DNA of 40,240 bases from Nemertoderma westbladi. Lineage: Eukaryota > Animalia > Xenacoelomorpha. A program made the translations under genes and the position numbers. Of this stretch, positions 1-10,138 are shown piece by piece (position 1 is the stretch's first letter; the number at the start of each line of letters is the position of its first letter). The notes beneath the pieces were generated by a model. That model saw only the letters and a list, made by a program, of their open reading frames with translations. It had not been told where the DNA came from and did no database searches. Where the stretch lies: NCBI GenBank assembly GCA_032718475.1, contig JAUCBJ010006550.1, positions 1 to 40,240 on the forward strand, read 5' to 3'.

Positions 1-882
1 CCCCAGAATAATATTTATTACAGTACAACGTTGACTGATTGAAGATCAATAATCCGCCCATTTACCTACTGTAGGTGAAAAATGCAAATCGTATTGACCG
101 CTAGCCCATTTACTAAGCTGTAAATAATGTCAATTTTAACAATAAAAATTTTTAAATAAGACATTGTTTATTTTAGTTTCTATGGTAGACCTACTATAGT
201 TTCCTAACATTTTTATTGGTAGCTAGTGTTTTTACAAAACAAATATTTATTTTAGATTCTATGGTGCTAGATAGATAGTGTTTTCGATGGTAGCTATACC
301 GGTTGTGATTCATTCCAAAGATTATAACTATTTTACTCTCAATATTTTTACTCTCAATATTTTTATCTCGATATTTTTCATGTCTCGATACTTGCATTAT
401 TCGATGCCTTGTGCAAAATTTTCCGGCATGAAATTTTGAAAATCCAATAATAATATACTGTATATATATTATTATTATTATCAACAGTACATGAATTCCA
501 CGATAACGGAATTACATTTCGCAAGTAATTTTCAGATTCACAAGGGTGGATATGTATCTTCCTCAAAAGTATATTCAATGCGACTGGTGTGAGGGGAAAG
601 ATAATTCTATATTTAGTTATGGAAATCGAAAAAAAGTAGTCAAAATTTAATTTCATTACTGTATATTTGTTGTTTAAAAAATCGTCACGGTAATTACACG
701 GCAAAACGAATATAAAAAACTGGTGTTTTGTAAACAATAATTGCTGCGAATTGGATGCAAATTTGAGTTGTAAAACTTACTTGTAGTACTTCCTAATATT
801 TGCTGCTCACTTTCATAAAACTATTATAATTAATAAATTTAACAATTTCTAGTTTCAAAGGTTTCTGATCGTAACGGTAATT

Positions 883-1261
883 ACACGTTCGTGGGGCCTT
901 CGCGCAGCACGAGGCCCAGTTATGAGATACAAATTAAAATTGTGTGACTGTATCACAAAATCAGGTTATGAGAGATTAACCCACACCACCAATTAATCAA
1001 AGAAAGGGGGACAGTACGTGTTCACCCCTTTTAATCTGCACCCCCCCCCCCCTCCCCCCCCCCCACCAATACATAACCACGACATCTACCACCCACGGTA
1101 GGGTAGCACGAACTTATTTCCAAACGCACGTTCAATATGCAAAGCCAGGTGGTTTATAGGAATATAATCAATGCAGTACTCGTCTTCATTATAAGCCTCT
1201 TTGCGTTCGACCTGTTTTGTATTAAAATATATTTATTAAACGCAGTCTGACGCTCTTTATA
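883..1261. repeat. Unclassified interspersed repeat (~380 bp, internal poly-C tract), copy 1
   Basis: Aligns by eye with 34240-34497 + 37672-37770 (ACACGTTCGTGGGGCC start, AATCAAAGAAAGGGGGACAGTA, poly-C, GCAGTACTCGTCTTCATTAT, TAAACGCAG.CTGACG end). Confidence 0.8.
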
Positions 1262-1269
1262 ATAATAAT

Positions 1270-1693
1270 ACCTAGGGATGCCAGCTTCCAGACTTTCAAT
1301 CTTTACTGCCGCGCAAACCCCGCAGAGGAAGTTTTGGTTTGAGAGATCAAGCCCATCGGCAATTGGTGTTTCAATTTCGGTCCAGGAACTCTGACAATGG
1401 GAGCATTACATCTTAGCTGTGGTCCATTCCCGTGGTTTCGGCTTCCTTTTATTCGTCCCAATGACAGATTCTTCTGAAGACGTTCGATTCGCTTTCAGTT
1501 TATTGCTGGCGTTTGTGTTTTGAAGTTGTATTCGAGTGGACAGTCGCGCCGGTTTCGAGGTAACCATACCGATGAGCGTTGATAAGCAAGTGATAAGCGT
1601 TGGTTTTGTTGAGTGCCGGTATTCATCTTCTCTCACCTCTTCAATGTCAGATGTTGCAAATACTGATAACACGAATAACGGTATATATTTCAA
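1270..1693 (-). pseudogene. Decayed LINE (CR1/L2-like) ORF1 N-terminal fragment with C4 zinc-finger-like motif
   Basis: ORF 1406..1693 reads through one in-frame stop into CSHC-x19-CGVC-AAVKIESLE, a CxxC...CxxC plus heptad arrangement like CR1-clade ORF1. Confidence 0.4.
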
Positions 1694-2541
1694 TACTTGT
1701 CAATAGTAATATATATAATTTAGATAACTATTTTATATCTGTACTGTTGAGCAAACTCTACATAAATTCCAACCTGTGTATTGCCGGTAGTGCTGCACAG
1801 CCGGCAATACAGCAATACGATGTACCGTGCCAATGACTGAATGATTATCGGTAACTATCTAAACTATTACTGTATTATATTATTATTACCGGTGCCGGTA
1901 CTGGGCTAATTAGGCCTAAACTATAATCACCGCAAGGGTTGGCTGGGCCATGTTTAATTAGATTACATGATATGGCATGTCTGCAGTGTATGGTACCGGC
2001 TGACCAGTATTGCAGTATTGACTGATTGCAGGATTCTCGATTCAGGGAATGAGTACAGCCTGACAGTACCGGTACACATGGTACATGCAGAATTGCAAAA
2101 TTTGTCAGAAACCCAGCTGATATATCCTACAGTAATAATAATTTAACGCATTTTAAATTTGGATAAATAAATTTATTATAACTGCAATAACAGTTACACT
2201 GATGCTGCACGAAGGCCCCACGCAAATTCTACTTGGAAAATTTTCAAACTTTTGCCAAACAACATGTGTACCAAGTTTGGGTAGATTTCATCAAGGATTG
2301 GCCGAGTTATTAACGTTTAAAATAAAATACTGAAAAAAACGCGACAGAACGACAGGTTGATTAATGGTACCACTACGCTAAGGCTCACTCACTTCGTGGC
2401 TCGCCCCACAAAACTAAACGTCACGGAATTACGGTGCGAATTTTTAACCTAATTTACCCTGCAAAACTGTAAAACTTTTAATTTACGATTTTGAGCAAAA
2501 TTTCTTCGATTATAGCAGCCTAACTTCGGGTTAGGACTGTA

Positions 2542-2828
2542 CAGTCATTCTGCCTAATTTGAGACATGGATCCAAACGTGAGACAAATTCAATATCAACT
2601 TCAAGGGGCTCCTATAGCCAAATAATTACAGATCTTTTGTCTCAAATAAAGGCTGTAAGAACCTAACAAGATTCTCCGTAATATTTATTAGGTTATTTCA
2701 TGTTAGTTATTAAAAAAAATTACAATTGAATTTCTTGTCTCACATTGTGTCACAACAGTCCAGTGTTTACATTTTTACACAGAACCCAACGAAGTTCAAA
2801 ACCTGTCTCTTATATGGACCAATGACTG
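2542..2828. mobile_element. Tc1/mariner-pogo-type MITE (287 bp)
   Basis: TA-CAGTCATT...GAGACA at left and TGTCTC...AATGACTG-TA at right: imperfect ~25-bp TIRs with TA on both sides. Confidence 0.65.
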
Positions 2829-3319
2829 TATGTAGCTGTGTAGGGTTGCCATAGGCCTACACCCAGCTACCATTACATGAAATCATTGAAGACAGCCGAA
2901 CAGACCTGCCACAACCTAGGAAAACAGAGATACTACTACCAGTAGGCCTACTGTAACCATTCAATTACAGCGGAGTACTTGATTACTAGCAAAAATATAT
3001 TATTTGTTATATGTTTATTAATATGCTATTTATTGACTCTCGTTTATTGTTTTGGTTATAATAACTTGTCACTGTAACCTGCTCCATGCCCTTAAAATCT
3101 CAGGAACTAACGATATTGATTGGCTGTGGTAGTTTTATTAGGATGTCTATAATGTCTTGTACCATTGCACGAGCATGGCAGTTTGGAAGTTTTAATTGGA
3201 TTAACTAATTGAGGGTAACCAAAATACTAAACCATTTTTGAGTCCAGTTACATCTCGTCAGTCTTTACATGAAATATCTTTCAACCAAATATCTTTGAGA
3301 CATTAGATCTTTACAGAAC

Positions 3320-3435
3320 TAGGACCTAACGTCGCAGGGCCTAATGTCTATTGAACCTAACATCACGTCACGTCATGACCTATCAAATATTGGACCTAAA
3401 GTCGCTGGACCTAAAGTCGCAAGACCTAATGTCAA
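3320..3435. repeat. Degenerate ~15-bp tandem repeat (GGACCTAA.GTCGC.)
   Basis: About seven imperfect GACCTAA-containing units. Confidence 0.6.
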
Positions 3436-5146
3436 CGTCTAACCTTAATGCAGTAGTGATGCAGAACATCCAAGGTCCCCGTTTGAATTTAAATAACCCG
3501 CAATATTCAAATAACTAATCAATGGGATAAGTAATTCCGTTACACAGTGTAATTCCGTTACCCAAATATGTAATTCCGTTACACTGTTTGTAGCCTTCTG
3601 TGACGTTGCAGATATTCCACTGATCGGTGAAATGGTAGCTCTGGTAACCAATGCAAAGATTATTGAACATTAAATATCTGATGGTAGTAATACCAACTAA
3701 TGTAATTCCAAGAAAAATATAACATTTTCGTAACGGAATTACAAAATTCGCAAGGGTGTATCTATTTTTTTTTGAAATTTAAAAAAAATATAGAAATCAC
3801 AAGATATTAGATGCGTGACCTTTGTAATCGTGAGTAGGAAGGCCAAAGAGAAATGTTTTACTGTTCTATTGACCTAGACATGTGATTATTATGAGAAAAA
3901 GACACATAAACTTCACAAATAATCGCAAATAGAAAGTAGAAAATTTTGAAATATTTTGCCAAAAGTTTCAGAGGCTATAAAAATTCACCCAAGGAAGCAA
4001 TTTCTGTAATATAACCATTTTTGAGAACCTAAATGTTTACAGTTTCGACTCATGGGAAAAAAATTTGGATTAGAAAAAGTTACTTTTTTTGTTCCTTGGT
4101 TGACATTTTCGTGGAATTCATGAGTAACTAGAAATCTCAAACTTATATTTTTCGCAAATGGGTGAAAAATTTGCTGCTAGCACCAAATTTTGAATCCCTA
4201 CAAATATACATCAATTGATTGTGTCACCTTGTTTCTTGCGTTATACGGGTTTATGAGGGTCCTAAATCAGATGAAATCAATAAAACAGCACTGGGCATCT
4301 AAAACTTGTTCTTTTTGTTGATGGTACGAAATTTGGTGCGAGCACCAAAATTTGCTATAATATTACGCCGAAAAATACCAGTAGCAATGATCTGGAAAAT
4401 TAGAAATGTATTCCATTAGAAACAGTAACCCAATAAACCTGAAAATGTGATTTTATAGCATCGTAAGTCAATTAAAATTTTTGTATTCAAACTGAAAAGT
4501 TCTGGTTACTTATTATTTTCCTTTTATGATTCTGTAGAGGACTAAAACTGCCACTTATAGTAATCAGCTCATAGTTGAAAATAATTGTAACTTTAAAATT
4601 TTTCAAAAATTGCGAATTTTCGAAAATGTTCACTATTTGAAATTTTTGTGCTGAGCTGCAAAATACCTTTTTTTCGATAACTTTTTTCGAAATTTTTATC
4701 CGTTCTAATTCAGACTAGTGAAATCTACGTACATACAAACAAGAAATGAGTCGTTTTCGTTAACATTAGTATATTTTAGAGGGCGGTCGGGGCGGGGGGG
4801 GGGGGGGGGGGGGGGGGGGGTTCAGTATGAACCCTACCGCGGTATTTGTACAACATTGTATAGCCCGCGGTACTACAGTAAGAGGGTTAAAGTAAGAGGG
4901 TAAGAGAGATGTTTTAGGTTCAATCTGGGAGCGGCACAGTTCTAATTCTTAAATGGTCCGCGCACCCTTCGACATGGAGTCCAGTTTCTGCTGGGGAGTA
5001 GAAAATAAATTTTGTATAATGAACGAGTGTTCCACCGTGCGAGTTAGAGTGGTGTCCTCCCACTCTTACAGGTAACATCCAAGAGAGAAGATAATTAATT
5101 AATTGCTCAGATGTTCTTCTTTGATGTTCACCGACAACTTTCGCAT

Positions 5147-5219
5147 GCGGTGATAGCTCAGTTGGGAGAGCGCTAGACTGAAGATCTAGAGGTCCCTGGT
5201 TCGATCCCGGGTCACCGCA
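5147..5219 (+). tRNA. trnF-GAA: tRNA-Phe (GAA)
   Basis: 73 nt cloverleaf: acceptor GCGGTGA/TCACCGC + discriminator A, D arm GCTC/GAGC, anticodon stem CTAGA/TCTAG with GAA at 5180-5182, GGTTCGATCC B box, no encoded CCA. Confidence 0.97.
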
Positions 5220-5225
5220 TTTTTT
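5220..5225 (+). terminator. Pol III terminator (T6) of tRNA-Phe
   Basis: Run of six T immediately after the discriminator base. Confidence 0.85.
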
Positions 5226-5294
5226 AATTTCATTTCATATTTTTTATATACTACTAATAAAATAATAGCTGTCTCAATAAAGTCATGACTGTCC

Positions 5295-6500
5295 CCACCA
5301 TTCCTATTCCCAACATGTGGTGGCCAAAGAAACCAGGAGCTAACACTGGATTATCTTCACCCTGCAAATCGGAGGCGGCTCCATTGTTAGTTAAGCGAAT
5401 GCGGCTGAGTGTAAGATTGGTGGGACTAATGAGACATTTCCTAATGTTGTGTACGGTAGGTTCTAATTTTAGATGTGTTAATTGAACTTTTTTTGTGTAT
5501 GTGCAGTACAGATATTTGATGTCCCCAGCATAGACTCTCATAGAATAGCTAGACTCCCATAGGATAGCTATAGACTCCCATAGGATTGCTATAGACTCCC
5601 ATAGGATATCTAAAGACTCCCATAGGACAGCTATAGACTCCCATAGGATAGCTATAGACTCCCATAGGATAGCTACATACTCCCATAGGATAGCTACAGA
5701 CTCCCATAGGAGTGCTATAAATAATCGAAAATTGGGTTTCCTTTTTATTCTATGGCACACCAAAATCATGGGGGGGGGCCAGCAAAGCCCTGCACATGCC
5801 TTCCCTTTACGTACCGGTTTCGTGTCAAAATGTTGGTCATCTTGGAGTTATGAAAATTCCAACACTAGAAGCAGCCTGCTCCAATTATTTGAGGAGCCAC
5901 TGGGCTCCCTATAATATTTTATTTTCATCCGCAAGCTATAGATCAATAAGGTACTTGGCTGAATATCATAGACTTCTTGAGCGTGTAGGGTGTGTTACTG
6001 TAACATCATCCCATCATTATTATGATGGTCGAATGACAACCGTAGATCATAATCCACAGTCATTAAAATAATAATCTATATTATTATAAAAGAAGAATGA
6101 TACAGCTACAAGTGTGTCACCCTGGAGGACATACAATAACGTATGGATCTGTATCTCCAACTGTGACAAACAGAACTGAGTTGAAACAAAGATGTGGAAC
6201 AAATGTACATTATGTATGGTCATATGATATTTATAATAATTGCCACAGGGATCGCATATGCGGCGTGCTTGCTGAACATATATTATCGGAAGACTAAATT
6301 TAAGGCCATTACATCAAGATGTCTAAAGTTTCTTTTTTGATAAATTTTCAATTCTCCTTATATGCGCCTTAACAAGTTCTACCATAATTTTTCATAATTC
6401 TAACTAAGTATAGAAAGATTAATATTACAAGCGCGAATTGAAAAAATGCCATTATTACTATAAGTGGTCACGTATCGATTTAATACATAAATCATCTTCA
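5295..6500 (-). mobile_element. Old, decayed RTE-clade LINE fragment (same family as 34498-37671), interrupted by a minisatellite
   Basis: Reverse complement matches the RTE RT and 3' region: TTATCAAAAAAGAAA, GTCCTCCAGGGTGACACACTTG, GCCAAGTACCT..TGATCT, GCTGCTTCTAGT, TGTCTCATTAGT..CGCCTCCG.TTTGCAGG. Boundaries approximate. Confidence 0.75.
5530..5716. repeat. 21-bp minisatellite (ATAGACTCCCATAGGATAGCT) x9
   Basis: Nine head-to-tail units with no spacers. Confidence 0.95.
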
Positions 6501-6809
6501 GCCAAATATAACTCTAAAGTACAAAAAGTTTACATTAAAATCTTAGATAGAAATACTGTATAATAATGTAATGTAATAATGAAATAATGTAACAAACTAA
6601 GTAATAAGATAATATGAAATTGTAGTAGGTGAGAACAACTGAAATATTTAAGTAAAATATTGCACGGTACCAACAACAAACTCAGGGATTAGTAGGCCAA
6701 GGTACAAACAGTATAGTACAGTATGTAAGATATAATGGTACAGTAGGGCATTCTAAAATAATAGTTGGGCGAAAGAGGTACTTTGAAAATTTAGAGTAGG
6801 TCTGCACTT

Positions 6810-7955
6810 TGTAAAAGCTTTTGCGTAATTAGCCGGTTATTTTCCCCGTAAAGTACTCTGTAGTTGGTTTACTGGGCATAAAAAGGCCGTGTCCTTACTG
6901 TACTGGTGTTTTAGAGGACATAAAAGCCATTTCTTCTGTATTTGTACTTTAGAGGACATAATCCGCAATTTCGGGACGCAATAAGCTCGATACTCTTGAA
7001 AACAGTGTCGCTACCATGACGACGGCGAACAGCTGATATTGCCACGTCGACGTTTCTTTGTTTCTTTGTTCTCTTGTTGTTCAGTTGACCAATCAGAGCG
7101 TTTTTTGTCTCTGTGTTGGAGGTGGATACAGAAACTCAGGAATTCAGTATTATATTTGCCCAAAGCCTAAGAACATCGGCTTTTGGCACCTCCGTGTTTC
7201 AGTCTTTAGCTTTACATTAGTAGGCTTAATTATAGAACGTATATCTGTTATCAAACCAATTATACTCACTTAATAATCATTTATACCTTAACTTTACTGC
7301 TTTGCTGTTGATTATTCGTTATATTTGTTGATGAAATATTATATCGGAATACTGATCAATAGTCTGACATCCCAATCTTCTTGATATACTAAAGGTTAGA
7401 GAGACCGGTTACAGATAAACGATTGCGACCTATGTTAAGTGGTTTGAAGTGAATCTCATGCTATTTTATAGGCCCGACATGTATTGTCTGTTACTCTCTT
7501 TATACGTGACTAAATTTAGTGAAGGTCGGCAGATTAGTGTGCAGTATTGTGCAGCATTGTGTATGATTGTAACTGATAACAAAGCATCTCCTAAAGAATG
7601 CGCCATATACGTGAATCTATAGCCTTTTCGTTGTGTCTAGTTTAAGTCATAACTCTGTTTACATATTTAGAGCGCCACGTCCTAAAGGAACTGTTAATAT
7701 TTCCCGAAAGTGAATAATATTTGTCAGAGATTATATATTACGATCAGTCGAATAATACAGTAGGCTTACACCATCAATCATTAAGCTCCGAACTCAGTCT
7801 CCCGGGTATATCCAACGGGTGAATGATTGCGCATAGACTGGCTTCGGCTAATGTAGTGTATCAAATACTCGTCATAGGCTAAAGACTATCTATCATCCAA
7901 AAGACATTCTAATTTTGGCAGGTTAAACTGTCAAAGGTCTTCAAAAGCGCAAACA
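6810..7955 (+). mobile_element. LTR family A, copy 1 (1146 bp, TGT...ACA), no TSD
   Basis: End-to-end homologue of 17287-18455; flanks CACTT / ATAAC do not match; no PBS (TGG...) follows. Confidence 0.85.
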
Positions 7956-8235
7956 ATAACAGATATTGCTTCTGGATTGCGGTGTAAGCAATCTAGTCGA
8001 AAGTACCGGTCGACCGGTAACCAGTAGGCCTGACTGCCTGATCATCAGAACCGGTACTTACAGTACAGGTACAGCAGTATTATTCGATTTTTATAATTAT
8101 ATACCGGTAGGCCTTAATAATTAATCAGGGACGGCCGCCCTGGTTTTTTATTGAGATTTTACTTGTTTCTGTCAAGTTTTATTTATTTGTAGGTTAATAT
8201 TGAGCAGAAGGCGTGTAAGCCTGCTCAGATTGTAC

Positions 8236-8805
8236 AGATAATTTGTAGGCTTGACTGTTGGCTAACTGTTGATTAGGTCTGAACGGATTGTAGTGCATGT
8301 AGAGTGTTGTCCGATAAAGAACGGTTAGGAAGTAGGGGCAGCCATCGCTGTAAGGTAAACCCCCATCTAAAGAATAAGTCGTACTACTGGGCTAGAACGC
8401 ATACTACTTAACCATTTCGGAGTCTGCATGTCCTGTGGTTTATTTAGGCTTGATAGTAGTCTGCCATCGTTTGGTCTGTACTTTGTTTGTGTAGTCTGTA
8501 TGGGTAGCGTATAATTTTATTTAGATAATTTGTAGGCTGAATAGTTGTCTGGCTGTTGTTGGGTTTGAGGAAATTTCGGTGTGTGCAAAGCATCTGTCCG
8601 ATAAAGAATGGTTAGGAAGTAGGGGCAGCCATCGCTGTAAGGTAAACCCCCATCTAAAGAATAAGTCGTACTACTGGGTTAGAACGCATACTACTTAGTC
8701 ATTTCGGAGTCTGCATATACCGTAGTTTGTTTAGGCTTGATAGTAGTCTGTCAGTATTTGGTCTGCATTTTGTTTGAATAGTCTGTACGCGTAGCGTAAT
8801 ATTTA
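8236..8805 (+). repeat. Two tandem ~287-bp units, each folding into a long G.U-rich hairpin with a near-identical apex (leader of the BEL/Pao-like element)
   Basis: Units start AGATAATTTGTAGGCT at 8236 and 8523; 122-nt cores (8308-8429, 8595-8716) differ at 4 positions; arms are more diverged but keep pairing. Confidence 0.9.
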
Positions 8806-9757
8806 TTATTCAGAGTTTATGCGATTATTCGCAACATTCATTCCCCAAGTTTGTTCCTACAATAATTGTGTTTGTTATACATACCGCTATAGTTAAATTA
8901 ACCCCGGTACTATACGGGCTGCTTGGCGTAGGTAAAGACTGGTGATTTTGTGCACCGGTCACTCCAGCAGATGCCGTGGTTCTTTTAGCTGTTCAAGTAT
9001 TTTTAACTACTAATTATTTGTTATACAAGTACTTGTACCTAATTTAGGGTTTAGTGTACAGTGCTTTCCGAAAGCAATTAGTGTGTAGGCAGTATATTTG
9101 TGTTGTAAAGTGGTTAATAGGCACGTTGGTTCTGGTAGACCGCGGTAATTAACTTCTAGGTAGGGACACTCCGTGATACATAACGTAGTACCTATAGCGA
9201 TACGGTTATAGGTCGTCAGGCGGTGGTATTTTCCTATCTGGACAGCGCAGTATATTTACTACTACTTATTATTTTCAAATACCGTAGTAACCTGTCCGTT
9301 GTAATAACCAGATATTCTAACCCTTTGTTAGGCTGGTTAGTAGACTTCTTGTAAAATTACCCTAAAAATTTGTATTTGTGTATTTGTAATTAAATTTTGT
9401 ATTTATTTAGAGATTGTAATCTCAACCCGAATTGTACATAATTTGTAGTATTAAGTAACTTAGGTAAATTAGAATTATTTGTTTTAGTGTCTAACAAGTA
9501 GCACTCCACTAAGAGCGCATAGCTTATGTGTAGTGACTCCCCCAGAAATACTAACATTTATTTCAACATTGACAAAACCCATTAAACGGGTATATATATA
9601 TTATAAATCAACTCAAACGATTTATAAATAGTAGGCCTCCCATACAACAATTAGGTCTCAATATCAGTTGGACTACTGCTTGAATAACGGTAATAAAGTA
9701 AGTTAAAGTAACCAAGTAACCCTTAAAATTCAGAAATTCAATTATTCTAAAATAATT

Positions 9758-10010
9758 GACATACCGGTATTTACAATAGGCTTATTATATTTATTTCTAT
9801 AAATTTTAGGTTGAAATCATACCGGTATTCTGTAATTAATCTAGTTAATAATTATACTTATATATACTATAAGTGTAAACTGCATACCGGTATCCACGAT
9901 AGGCCTATTATATATTTATATATATTTGTGCTAAAATTATATACCGGTTTCTGTGAGAAACCTAGTCTGCAATAATACTTATATATACCATAAGCATACC
10001 GGTATTCTAA
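9758..10010. repeat. AT-rich ~122-bp tandem repeat carrying five ATACCGGT(A/T)T motifs
   Basis: TACCGGT at 9762, 9820, 9885, 9942, 9997. Confidence 0.8.
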
Positions 10011-10138
10011 TATTATATATATCACGCTACACTGAGTAGCAGTATCGGTAATTAATTACTAGGCTAGCAGTTAACACTGAATTACTAGACTTGCTTAGAC
10101 TGTAATATAGCGGTAGACATTCAACTGTGTAAACAAAC

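Noticed and set aside
194-737. ORFs 194..484 and 378..737 and other short AT-rich ORFs (e.g. 32656..33152)
   Set aside because: Low-complexity I/K/F/N-rich translations of AT-rich repeats with no domain motifs or splice context.
4870-4890. AGAGGGTTAA as a piggyBac terminus (also GAGGGTTAA near 23948)
   Set aside because: No matching opposite terminus identified in the window, so no element can be delimited.
5254-5769. 171-aa ORF with repeated AILWES, and CRISPR-like look of the 21-bp repeats
   Set aside because: ORF is a by-product of a 21-bp minisatellite plus decayed RTE sequence; repeats have no spacers, there are no cas genes and the context is eukaryotic. Same for the 27-bp repeat at 27486.
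8001-8059. Type I hammerhead on the minus strand (stem I, CUGAUGA, stem III, GUC)
   Set aside because: The essential GAAA is absent (CCUA instead) and stem II does not form in register.
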